A stretch of DNA of 64,000 nt, from assembly GCA_029210815.1 (NCBI GenBank), contig JARGGB010000002.1:8450-72449 (forward strand). Reading direction: 5' to 3'. Within the stretch, counting starts at the first letter, position 1; every line of letters begins with the position of its first letter. This document shows, piece after piece, positions 26,834 through 35,908 of the stretch. The position numbers were made by a program, and so were the translations under genes. The notes beneath the pieces are model-generated. The model was not told the DNA's origin and searched no databases. It saw nothing but the letters and a program-made list of their open reading frames with translations. Source of the DNA: Candidatus Brevefilum sp. GTDB lineage: Bacteria > Chloroflexota > Anaerolineae > Anaerolineales > Anaerolineaceae.

Positions 26834-27373
26834 TTAAGACACGCTGTCAAATTCCTGACGATAGTAAACGACCCCTTCTACGGCTGTCATAATTTTGGGT
26901 TTGAGTATCTTAATCATAAAAGCCTCCTCTGGAACATCGTCATAGGCACATCGAATACCAAAAGTGTTGGCTGGTTTAAATCCAAACCGGGGATAATAAG
27001 CGGAATCTCCCAAGACAACCACAAAGGGGTATCCTGCCAATGCCGCCCGGGTCAAACCTTCAACGCATAAAGCAGTGCCAATCCCCTGTTTCTGGTATTC
27101 CGGCAAAACAGCCAGGGGCGCAAGCCCCAAGCCCTCGATTGACCAACCCTGATTTTGGATCAATCGAGCGGGTGTAAAAAGAACATGGCCAAGGACGTTA
27201 TCGCCGATTTTAGCTACCAATGAAATAAAAACAGGACAATTTTCACGCAATCTATCGACGACATCTGCTTCACCATCACCATGAAATGCCAATCGATGAA
27301 CCAAACGGATGCCTTGCACATCCTGTTCAGTTTCTTCCTGAATATTAAATTTCAATTGCTTATCAAGGTTCAT
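26834..27373 (-). CDS. GNAT N-acetyltransferase (YhbS-like)
   Basis: LAPLAVLPEYQKQGIG, VLGDSAYYPRFGF; ATG 27373 preferred. Confidence 0.9.
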   Translation of the reverse strand: MNLDKQLKFNIQEETEQDVQGIRLVHRLAFHGDGEADVVDRLRENCPVFISLVAKIGDNVLGHVLFTPARLIQNQGWSIEGLGLAPLAVLPEYQKQGIGTALCVEGLTRAALAGYPFVVVLGDSAYYPRFGFKPANTFGIRCAYDDVPEEAFMIKILKPKIMTAVEGVVYYRQEFDSVS

Positions 27374-27433
27374 GTAAGAAATTATAGCCTGATACAATAA
27401 ATTATCGGCAACATCACACAAAAGACTTTATGC

Positions 27434-27841
27434 TTAATTCGCTGATACTAAAGCCTCAGTTGAAATTTCAAATTCTGGTGGGTTTTCAAGATGTTTTTTA
27501 ACCGCACAAAGCTGTGCAGATCGAATTAAAGACTCTCTGTATCTTTCAGGGAATGTCTCCGGCACCTGGATGATAAGCTCAACCTTGTCCACCATGTGCG
27601 TGAAGGGAGAACTGTGAACCCGCTGAATAATTTGAATATTATTCGTAGGCAATCCTCTCTGTTTGCAGAAACCTAAAACATAGATCCCGGCACAGGTACC
27701 CATCGATGCCAGGAATAAAGAAAATGGCGTTGGCGCTTCTCCCCTGCCGCCGCCAGCGGGAGGTTGATCTGTTTTTATTGTATAGGGTCCGAAATGAGCG
27801 TCAACTCGTGCGCCACCGGGAAAATCAATCAGCATTTCCAT
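27434..27841 (-). CDS. OsmC family protein
   Basis: TDQP...PTPFSLFLASMGTC..C, CAVKKHL. Confidence 0.88.
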   Translation of the reverse strand: MEMLIDFPGGARVDAHFGPYTIKTDQPPAGGGRGEAPTPFSLFLASMGTCAGIYVLGFCKQRGLPTNNIQIIQRVHSSPFTHMVDKVELIIQVPETFPERYRESLIRSAQLCAVKKHLENPPEFEISTEALVSAN

Positions 27842-28348
27842 AAATAAAATCCTCTTTCCAATTTTGAATGTCTATTTATTGATGCAAAAAGAACCATTCA
27901 GGTTACAGTTTATTGGAAAGAGAGAGTCTTAATTAATTTATTCACATAGTTTATTTAAAGAATCTTTAATTAGTCGTAGTCGTAGGGTGTGTGGAAAAGT
28001 GGATAAAGGGAAAATAACTCGGGTGCTGAACATTTTTTACAGGGATATACTGGGAAGCATTGGTCAGCTTTGGAAAATTTTGGTTTACACCAGACGGTTT
28101 TTTATCAACAAATGCTTGTTGATATCCTGATAAATAAGGACCACTTTTTTGAACAAGTTTTATGAAGGGGAAAAAGTACTTCTTTTTATCCAGAAATTCT
28201 CCAGAATTCGGTGGAAATTTCACACAAAAATAGGGCAAGTTATCCACATTTCGTATAAGTTATCCACAGTTTTTGATGTTTTATCCACAGTTTTGTTGAT
28301 AAATGAGGTGTTTTTGAAGAAACAGACTGGTTGTGAAAAAAACAGAAA
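27842..28348. other. Probable chromosomal replication origin (oriC)
   Basis: TTWTNCACA boxes at 27938, 27990 (reverse), 28240, 28260 and 28281; 1-mismatch boxes at about 27998, 28102 and 28294; AT-rich 27928-27970; TAG/TCG trio run 27971-27985. Confidence 0.82.
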
Positions 28349-29356
28349 TTAGATCCCGTAAGCGTTTTCCCAGGATTCGATCGCAATTTCGAGGCTGTCT
28401 AAATAGGCATCTAAAGCCGTGCATTTTTCAGCGGCGCGATCCTGTGTCAGTTCAAGGGATGCAAGACAATTTTCCCATGTCTCTCTGTTAGGCGTGTCCC
28501 CATCCAAAGCGAGCTGAATGTCCAGCCATGTTCGAAGCAGCGGCCAAAGCGCTTGACCGGGTGAATCGCTGTTCAGCAATGCCTGAATCCCAGAGACGTA
28601 ATAGCTGTGTCTGCTGGGTTTTAGGTGAACAGGCGCATCCACCTTTTTTGAGATATAGCTCAGATCTTCTTCGAATGCTTTTGCCCAATCCTTTAGATAC
28701 TCATTTTGTTCTTCGTTATAACCTAATAAGCCGTAAATCCCGGCCAGCACCTTTGGAACGCCGAGGGTTTCTACACGATCTTTCAGGGACATCAAGAATC
28801 GTCGTGTGGTTAGCGGAGGTCCGATCAAGCCTGCAACGCTGTTTGCCCCCAAGGATAAAATATTAAGGCAATGATCCAGCCATGATTCGTGCGATTCGGG
28901 AGGGGCTTGCAATAAAGAAAACCAGTTTTCACGTGCGGCAGAGGAGAATTTCCTGACTCTTGCCAGCACATTGTCCGAACGGTGAAATTCAGCGTTGACA
29001 CTGGATTGGATAAATTCGAGCCAATGTTCATTATCATGCAGGATGATGTTGTAATGGGTAAGCGGATAGCCCATTAATGGATCCTTGCGGAAGGCTCGGT
29101 GGTCGGTATATGCTTCACGGACCTTATGATAAATATCCAGTGAGATATCTGGCGTTACGACAGCGCATTCTCGTGTTGTTGGTGCCTGGTATTTGTGAAC
29201 CAGAACCAAATCGATATCCGTCGTTCCTCCCAGCAGCGGATCTTCTTCAACCAATGACCCGACCAGGTAAGCAGCGTATATATCAGGCTCGCTTCGCAGA
29301 CGGGCAGTGACGGTCTGCTGGGCAAACTTATGGAGTAAGTCTCGTGTGATTCGCAT
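28349..29356 (-). CDS. Hypothetical protein with Pol-beta-type nucleotidyltransferase motif
   Basis: YLVGS-x12-TDIDL plus a later SLDIY; helical C-terminal half. Confidence 0.65.
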   Translation of the reverse strand: MRITRDLLHKFAQQTVTARLRSEPDIYAAYLVGSLVEEDPLLGGTTDIDLVLVHKYQAPTTRECAVVTPDISLDIYHKVREAYTDHRAFRKDPLMGYPLTHYNIILHDNEHWLEFIQSSVNAEFHRSDNVLARVRKFSSAARENWFSLLQAPPESHESWLDHCLNILSLGANSVAGLIGPPLTTRRFLMSLKDRVETLGVPKVLAGIYGLLGYNEEQNEYLKDWAKAFEEDLSYISKKVDAPVHLKPSRHSYYVSGIQALLNSDSPGQALWPLLRTWLDIQLALDGDTPNRETWENCLASLELTQDRAAEKCTALDAYLDSLEIAIESWENAYGI

Positions 29357-29371
29357 GATCTTTCCCTTTAT

Positions 29372-30007
29372 CTATAGATCAATTGGCAAGCTTTCCTGGA
29401 ATGGTGACAATTTCAGTGTTTGTCGGATCCGTTGTTCAATTTGTTCCAGGTGTTCGGAATAGCGTACGTAGTCCAGGTTGTTGGTATTGATCGTCAAAAC
29501 AGTTTGCCCCGGATAGCTTTTAAACCGTGTCTCATAGGTTTGATTAAGGGCAGCAATATAATTGACGTCCATCTTGCGCTCATAGGGGCGATCGCGGTGG
29601 GCAATTCTTTGCATCAGGACGTCAGTATCCGCCTGTAAGTAAACGATCAGGTTTGGTTTGATGATTTTCTCAGCTAGAGCCTCATGTACCTGGATATAGG
29701 TTTCTAATTCATCACCGGAAAGGTTTGCTTCAGCGAAAAGGCGGTCTTTTTCAAATGTGTAATCAGAAATTAACCAGGGGTTGTTCTTGAGGGATTCCGG
29801 TACGCCTCTGCGTTGTTGATGATATCGACTGAGCAAGAAAAAGATCTGAGTTTGAAAGGCAAAACGCTCACGATCTCCATAAAAATCACTGAGAAATGGA
29901 TTTTCTTCAAAAATTTCCAATAGCAGTTCAGCGTTGAAGGATGTTTGTAAGAGACGAGCCAGGGTGGTTTTCCCCACACCAATAACGCCCTCAATGGCAA
30001 TGTACAT
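29372..30007 (-). CDS. Deoxynucleoside kinase (dCK/dGK family)
   Basis: IAIEGVIGVGKTTL, ENPFL, FQTQIFFL, RIAHRDRPYE. Confidence 0.93.
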   Translation of the reverse strand: MYIAIEGVIGVGKTTLARLLQTSFNAELLLEIFEENPFLSDFYGDRERFAFQTQIFFLLSRYHQQRRGVPESLKNNPWLISDYTFEKDRLFAEANLSGDELETYIQVHEALAEKIIKPNLIVYLQADTDVLMQRIAHRDRPYERKMDVNYIAALNQTYETRFKSYPGQTVLTINTNNLDYVRYSEHLEQIEQRIRQTLKLSPFQESLPIDL

Positions 30008-30215
30008 GGGTGCTCCTGTATATTTTTAGAATGGTTAAAATATACCATAGGTAAGACCTGCAGTGGAATCCAAATCAGCAATTTAGCTGACTCAGCGAGT
30101 GCTTTGTAAAAAACTTAATCTTAATTGGGATAAAAATTGTCTTTATTGTAGCTAAAGAAGGGTCAATCCGTTATAATGATACAATCGACTGAAAAAACAT
30201 TTAAAGGTATTTGAT

Positions 30216-30722
30216 ATGACGGATGAGAAGAAAAAAGGAATGAGCTCAAACCAGCTCAAATTCATCATCAGCGGGGGTTTATTTCTGATTGCAGTGGTCA
30301 TTCTGATCATCAGTGCAACGCGGGGAACAGCAGAATTTTTTATGACCGTTGAGGAATTGCAGCAGTCTGAAAATGAACTGCAGGGTCAAAATTTGCGTGT
30401 GTCCGGCGCTGTATTAGGCGAGAGCATCTATTTTGACACTCAAACTGGGCTTCTCCATTTTACAATAGCCCATATCCCGGCGGATGAAGACCTGGCTAAA
30501 GAAGAAGGCGAGTTGAGCAAGGTCTTACACCAGGCTGTTAACGACCCGGATAATTCCCGGTTAGACGTGATTTATGAAGGGGCTAAACCGGACATGCTCA
30601 GGCATGAAAGTCAGGCGATTCTGACCGGCCAATTAAATTCGGAAGGTGTTTTTGTCGCTGAGGAATTATTGCTGAAATGCCCTTCAAAATATGAAGAAGC
30701 CTTACCAGAACAGGCGGAGTAG
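30216..30722 (+). CDS. ccmE: Cytochrome c maturation heme chaperone, CxxxY variant
   Basis: N-terminal TM, LRVSG, KPDM, LLKCPSKY. Confidence 0.88.
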   Translation: MTDEKKKGMSSNQLKFIISGGLFLIAVVILIISATRGTAEFFMTVEELQQSENELQGQNLRVSGAVLGESIYFDTQTGLLHFTIAHIPADEDLAKEEGELSKVLHQAVNDPDNSRLDVIYEGAKPDMLRHESQAILTGQLNSEGVFVAEELLLKCPSKYEEALPEQAE

Positions 30723-30728
30723 AACATC

Positions 30729-32744
30729 GTGATATCTTCATTTGGTTACATGACCCTTGCCCTGGCATTTTTATTGTCATTCTATGGTTTGGTCATCCTA
30801 ATTTTTGGTCTTATCCAAGAATCACCGGCTTTTTTTGAGTCTGCTCGTCGGGCATTGGTATTGATTTTCCCATTGTCAACAGCTGGCATCCTTGTGCTGG
30901 TGTTTTTGTTATTAACGGACCGCTTTGATGTCGCTTATGTCTACAGCGTCAGCAGCAGGGAAATGCCGGCTTATTTGAAATTAACAGCCCTTTGGGGAGG
31001 GCAGGAAGGCTCGCTTCTCTTTTGGAGCTGGTTATTGAGCGGGTTTTCTTTGGGATTTTCCAGCCGAAAAATCCGGAAGGAAAGCGACCTGTTCCCCTGG
31101 GCGATGCTGGTGGCTTTTATTTTATTAATTTTCTTCCTTGGCTTGAACGTGTTCTTAGCCACGCCCTTTGAACGTTTCTGGCATTTTACCGACGGCGGCA
31201 GGGTCTTATCTGTTTTCCAACCTCGAAACGCCTGGACGTTGACCCCAGGAGATGGACAGGGCTTGAACCCGCTCTTACGCCATCCTGGCATGATCTGGCA
31301 TCCCCCTGCGCTCTACCTGGGCTTTGTGGGTTTCCTTATTCCATTTGGCCTGGCAGCAGCGACCCTGATCACAAAGCGTCGGGATGGACGATGGATTGAA
31401 CTTTCACGCACATGGATCCTAATTGCCTGGGTATTTCTATCCCTGGGTCTGGTGCTAGGTATGCGTTGGGCTTATGACGTTCTGGGCTGGGGCGGCTATT
31501 GGGGCTGGGATCCTGTTGAAATTGCAGCCTTAATGCCCTGGCTGAGCGCAACAGCTTTGATTCACACCGCGTTACTCCAGAAAAAAGCAAATGGTTTTCA
31601 GCGTTGGAATTTAAGCCTGATCATCCTCACTTTCGGTCTGGTCATATTTGGCACTTTTATCACCCGATCAGGGGTCTTATCCTCTGTGCATACCTTCGCT
31701 GGCAGTAATATTGGTCCGGCAATGTTTGTTATTATGGGGATTACAAGCATCGGCGGCTTAGGCTTGCTGATCTATCGCTGGCGTGACTTTGGACCTTCCC
31801 AGGAAATTGAGTTTGGCTTTTCGCGAGAAGTTTTAACCCTGTTTTCAAACCTGGTTTTATTGAGCATCTTGATGGTCTGTTTTCTTGGTGTCGTTTACCC
31901 GATTTTTTCGGATCTGCTCACCGGTACCCAGGTCACTGTTGGCCCTGCCTGGTATGAACGTATTACCGGTCCCTTATTCACCTTATTGTTGTCGCTGATG
32001 GGGCTTTGTCCGCTTGCCGCATGGGGTTTGACTCGACTTAACAAAATTCGCCAGGGACTTACAATTTTGTTGCCCCTGTCCCTTTTAGTCCCACTATTAA
32101 TCTGGCTTTTGGGTGGTGTTAACAATTTTTATGCACTGGCTGCCTTATGGTTGGCGGGATTGGCGGCTATTGTCATTTCCTGGGAATATATCAATGCTGC
32201 CCGAAAGGGTTTAGCAAGGCCAGATGGGAGACTCCCCGGGGCTTTGTGGGTGCCTTTCCGGCGAAATCATCGGCGCTACGGCGGAATGCTGGTTCATCTG
32301 GGGATCGTCCTGATGAGCCTGGGGATTATAGGCTTGGAAGGCTTACAGCAAGAAACACAGCTCAGGCTTGAGCGAGGCGAATCAGCATCCATCGGCGCTT
32401 ACCAGTACACCTTTGAGGGCATTGAACGCTTCACAGAAGCAGAAACTACCACAACCCAGGCTGTTTTGACGATTCTATACCAGGGGCAGCCAGAGGGAGC
32501 GCTGTATCCCAGCCGTGAGGTTTATTCCAATTTGGGCATGGCAGTTACCATACCCGGCGTGAAAAGCAACCTTTCTTTGGATCATTATGCGATCCTGGTG
32601 GACTGGCAGCCAGAATTGCCAGACGAGGCAACCTTCAGGATTTTTGTTAATCCCCTGGTGAACTGGTTGTGGATAGGCTCTGGCGTGTTGACCTTAGGGA
32701 CCATCATCGCGGTTTTACCAAAGTCAAGGAATGGTAGGCTTTAA
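30729..32744 (+). CDS. ccmF: Cytochrome c heme lyase subunit
   Basis: WGGQEGSLLFW, LNPLL..HPP, WGGYWGWDPVE, SVHTF, HLG, NPLVNWLW. Confidence 0.96.
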   Translation: MISSFGYMTLALAFLLSFYGLVILIFGLIQESPAFFESARRALVLIFPLSTAGILVLVFLLLTDRFDVAYVYSVSSREMPAYLKLTALWGGQEGSLLFWSWLLSGFSLGFSSRKIRKESDLFPWAMLVAFILLIFFLGLNVFLATPFERFWHFTDGGRVLSVFQPRNAWTLTPGDGQGLNPLLRHPGMIWHPPALYLGFVGFLIPFGLAAATLITKRRDGRWIELSRTWILIAWVFLSLGLVLGMRWAYDVLGWGGYWGWDPVEIAALMPWLSATALIHTALLQKKANGFQRWNLSLIILTFGLVIFGTFITRSGVLSSVHTFAGSNIGPAMFVIMGITSIGGLGLLIYRWRDFGPSQEIEFGFSREVLTLFSNLVLLSILMVCFLGVVYPIFSDLLTGTQVTVGPAWYERITGPLFTLLLSLMGLCPLAAWGLTRLNKIRQGLTILLPLSLLVPLLIWLLGGVNNFYALAALWLAGLAAIVISWEYINAARKGLARPDGRLPGALWVPFRRNHRRYGGMLVHLGIVLMSLGIIGLEGLQQETQLRLERGESASIGAYQYTFEGIERFTEAETTTTQAVLTILYQGQPEGALYPSREVYSNLGMAVTIPGVKSNLSLDHYAILVDWQPELPDEATFRIFVNPLVNWLWIGSGVLTLGTIIAVLPKSRNGRL

Positions 32745-32782
32745 TTCGTCGGAATTATTCGATTGTATTACAGTCGGCCTAA

Positions 32783-32810
32783 CCCTCACGTCGTGCCTCC
32801 TGAGGGCAGG
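32783..32810 (-). repeat. Isolated copy of the REP internal core
   Basis: Minus strand CCTGCCCTCAGGAGGCACGACGTGAGGG, 26/28 identical to the core inside the REP at about 56386. Confidence 0.7.
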
Positions 32811-32876
32811 GGCTTCACTCCTTTTTGTAAGAAATTCAAATGAAGAAAATTTTTGTTATCTCTATAAACTGCAGGC

Positions 32877-33971
32877 TTAATCAAGCTGACATGTTTTTCC
32901 AGGGATAGATATGTCAATTGTTTCTGTCAATTTTTGTGGGAGCGGTTGGGCTAAATGTGCGACTGTTGCGATCCCTGCTTGTAAAATTGAAAAACCGGTA
33001 TCGCTGTTGATGTAGCTTATGGTATCCGAAGTTCGATGATAGTTGTAATTTCGATCTGATTTTCCGCAAGTTTCATCCGGATGGTAGAAGGAATTCTCCA
33101 TCATTAAAACCCCTGGCACACCTTTTCTCCAAAATGGATCGTGATCCGAGAAAGGGTAAGCATTTTCGTCATCGAGAAAATCATAGGTCAGCCTTAAATC
33201 GTAAGCCTCGATCACCGATCCGATCAGATTGCCAATTTCCTGTGATTCTGGCAAAGTCCCGGCGTGCACCTCAAAACAGCCATCGCTATCTCCATCGAAG
33301 GCAAACATATCCATGTTCACCACACCAACTATGTTTGGCAGCCAATCGGCATAATCCTCAACAAAGGATGTGCTGCCGATGCGCGATTTTTCCTCACCGC
33401 TAAACCATATTAAGTCGATTGTTCGTCCAAATCGATAATACTGAAGAATTGATGCTGCTTCTAATAATCCTGCTGTGCCGCTGGCATTGTCATCGGCACC
33501 CGGTGCAATTAAATACTCGTTGCCAGATGTGCTGTCCATGTGGGCGACAAACAAAACGTGTTCATTTTTCAGCTTGGAGTCATCCCCCTGAAAGCTTAAT
33601 ATGATATTCTTCCAATTTCTTTTGGGATAGCGGTCACCAAACGGGAAGTTGTAATTGTGAATTTGGAAATCCTGCCCTTCAACGAAGCCCAATCGAAGGA
33701 GTTCATCAATAAGATAATCAAAAGCACTTGGCTTTGCATCCGGTTCAAACATCACCAGGCTGCTGCGGGTTATTATCTTTTCCATACCGTCCGCAGTTTG
33801 AATGGGGTCCGCCCCAGACAATGCCCTGATCCACCCCATCCAACGGTGCGGATTGGCTTCCGAGAGCATTTCAGCAACCTGGGGATTATAAACACTGCTG
33901 TTGGCAAATGGGGGTAAAAATATTTGAAAAAGGATCAGGCTGATTGCCATGAAGGAGTTCAGGTAATTCAT
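32877..33971 (-). CDS. M28 family Zn aminopeptidase, secreted
   Basis: AHMDS, GADDNASG, FSGEE, NMDM, SDH, YH..SD. Confidence 0.9.
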   Translation of the reverse strand: MNYLNSFMAISLILFQIFLPPFANSSVYNPQVAEMLSEANPHRWMGWIRALSGADPIQTADGMEKIITRSSLVMFEPDAKPSAFDYLIDELLRLGFVEGQDFQIHNYNFPFGDRYPKRNWKNIILSFQGDDSKLKNEHVLFVAHMDSTSGNEYLIAPGADDNASGTAGLLEAASILQYYRFGRTIDLIWFSGEEKSRIGSTSFVEDYADWLPNIVGVVNMDMFAFDGDSDGCFEVHAGTLPESQEIGNLIGSVIEAYDLRLTYDFLDDENAYPFSDHDPFWRKGVPGVLMMENSFYHPDETCGKSDRNYNYHRTSDTISYINSDTGFSILQAGIATVAHLAQPLPQKLTETIDISIPGKTCQLD

Positions 33972-34119
33972 TGATTTTACGATAAATAAAAAGGGTTTTC
34001 AGAAATCATGTTAATTTGATTATACTCCTGCGAAATGATCACCTGGTTTTCTTGAAATCAGCTTGCTTATGGTATGCTTATTTTGGATATTTTTACCTTG
34101 GTGATAAAGGTGATCTTTT

Positions 34120-34590
34120 ATGAAACAGCACAAACTAATCCAAATATTTGTATTAAGTTTATTTGTTTGCCTATCCTTGTTCTTGCCCGTGGAGGCAGTC
34201 CGGGGACAAACAGATATCCCTACGGATGATGATGTCAACCGGATAGCAAAGCAGTTGTATTGCCCGGTGTGTGAAAATGTCCCACTGGATGAGTGTACAA
34301 CTGAAGCCTGTCAACAGTGGCGGAATCTGATCCGCCAGCAGTTGTCTGATGGATGGACGGAAGATGAAATTTTAGCCTATTTTGTTGCCCAATTTGGCGA
34401 TAAAGTCCTGGGGGAACCGCCCAGGCGCGGGCTGAATTGGGTTTTATATCTAATTCCTCCCCTTGTGATACTGACCGGTATCATCTTGTTGATTAATCGG
34501 CTCAGGCGTCCAAAGGTGGATTCTACAAATGTTGAAGAAAGTGACCCCTATCTTTTACAGATTGAGCAAGATTTGAATGAGCGTGAGTGA
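34120..34590 (+). CDS. ccmH: Cytochrome c biogenesis protein CcmH
   Basis: LYCPVCENVPL, YFVAQFG..VLGEP, LYLIP. Confidence 0.9.
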   Translation: MKQHKLIQIFVLSLFVCLSLFLPVEAVRGQTDIPTDDDVNRIAKQLYCPVCENVPLDECTTEACQQWRNLIRQQLSDGWTEDEILAYFVAQFGDKVLGEPPRRGLNWVLYLIPPLVILTGIILLINRLRRPKVDSTNVEESDPYLLQIEQDLNERE

Positions 34591-34592
34591 AT

Positions 34593-35174
34593 ATGCGTAA
34601 AGAAATGCCGGAGAAAACCTCCGAGAACCCAAGAACCAAAAAATTTTGGATCATTGTAAGTATTCTTAGCCTGGTTATTCTATTAGTTGTCTTTGGTCTG
34701 CGCCTTTTTTCTGACGGTAAGTCAATGCTTGAAATGGGTAAAGCGCCTGAAGATTTCAGCTTAATGACATTCTCAGGTGAAAGAATCCAAATGGGTGATT
34801 TAAGAGGAAAAATTGTCCTGGTCAATTTTTGGGCATCCTGGTGTGTGACATGTGACGAGGAAGCAGTCGTGCTTGAGCAAGCCTGGCAGGAACTCCAGGA
34901 GAAGGCACCTGGTGAAACCTTTTTCCTGGGCATCGCTTATATGGATACCGAACCGGCAGCACGCTCCTTTCTGGAGGAATACAGCGTGAGCTATCCCAAT
35001 GGCCCGGACCTGCGCGGTGAGATTTCAGATTTATACCAGGTTCAGGGGGTGCCGGAAACGTTTATTTTAGACCAGGAGGGGATTTTGCGCAGTATTAAAT
35101 ATGGTCCCTTTCTTTCAGTTGAAGAGATATTGAGCTTGATCAACCCTTTGCTCACAGGGCAGGGAGGGGAATAG
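34593..35174 (+). CDS. TlpA/CcmG thiol-disulfide oxidoreductase
   Basis: N-terminal TM, VNFWASWCVTC, GVPETF. Confidence 0.9.
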   Translation: MRKEMPEKTSENPRTKKFWIIVSILSLVILLVVFGLRLFSDGKSMLEMGKAPEDFSLMTFSGERIQMGDLRGKIVLVNFWASWCVTCDEEAVVLEQAWQELQEKAPGETFFLGIAYMDTEPAARSFLEEYSVSYPNGPDLRGEISDLYQVQGVPETFILDQEGILRSIKYGPFLSVEEILSLINPLLTGQGGE

Positions 35175-35182
35175 GCTGATGA

Positions 35183-35908
35183 TTGTTGATGGAGGCGAAT
35201 TTGGATAGGGATGAAATAAAGTCCCCCGTTTTATTGAAGGCTGAAGGTTTGGGATACCAGGTGGATGGACAGGTTCTGCTTTCAGATATCAATTTTGAGA
35301 TCTCAACTGGGGAACGAGTTGCGATTTTTGGCCCTTCCGGTGCCGGGAAAAGCACATTGATCCGTTTGCTGAATCGTTTGGATGAACCTGGCTCCGGGAC
35401 AGTTTATTTGGATGGGCAGGATTACAAGGAGATCCCACCACGGGTGCTCAGGCGGCGATTGGGCATGGTGATGCAGCAGCCAAACCTCTTCCCCGGCAGC
35501 GTGGCTGATAACCTCCGTTTTGGACCGACAGCTCAGGGCGAAAGCCTGGATGAAGCAAGGATCAAAGCCTTGTTGTCCGGGGTGGATCTTAAAGGCTTTG
35601 CTGATCGGGACGTGGCGAAGTTGTCTGGCGGGGAAGCGCAGCGAGTAAACCTGGCACGAACATTAGCCAATAAGCCCGAAGTGCTGCTTTTGGATGAGCC
35701 AACCTCTTCACTGGATCAGGCAGCCAGGCGAGAAGTGGAAGAAACAATCCTGTCTGTGCTGGACTCCGGAGAGGTTACCTGTATTTTAGTCAGCCATGAC
35801 AGGGCGCAGGTGCAGCGCGTAGCAGACCGCGTGCTTGTGCTTGAGGGCGGCAAACTGATCGCAGACAGCCCGGTGGAGGAGGTTTTGGATGCTCAGTCAA
35901 TGGATTGA
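35183..35908 (+). CDS. ABC ATP-binding protein, FetA/YbbL-like
   Basis: GPSGAGKST, LSGGEAQR, LLDEPTS; overlaps the FetB-like permease. Confidence 0.85.
   Translation: MLMEANLDRDEIKSPVLLKAEGLGYQVDGQVLLSDINFEISTGERVAIFGPSGAGKSTLIRLLNRLDEPGSGTVYLDGQDYKEIPPRVLRRRLGMVMQQPNLFPGSVADNLRFGPTAQGESLDEARIKALLSGVDLKGFADRDVAKLSGGEAQRVNLARTLANKPEVLLLDEPTSSLDQAARREVEETILSVLDSGEVTCILVSHDRAQVQRVADRVLVLEGGKLIADSPVEEVLDAQSMD

Noticed and set aside
27966-28352. ORFs 27966-28247 and 28149-28352
   Set aside because: They lie across DnaA boxes, have low-complexity composition and are better explained as oriC.
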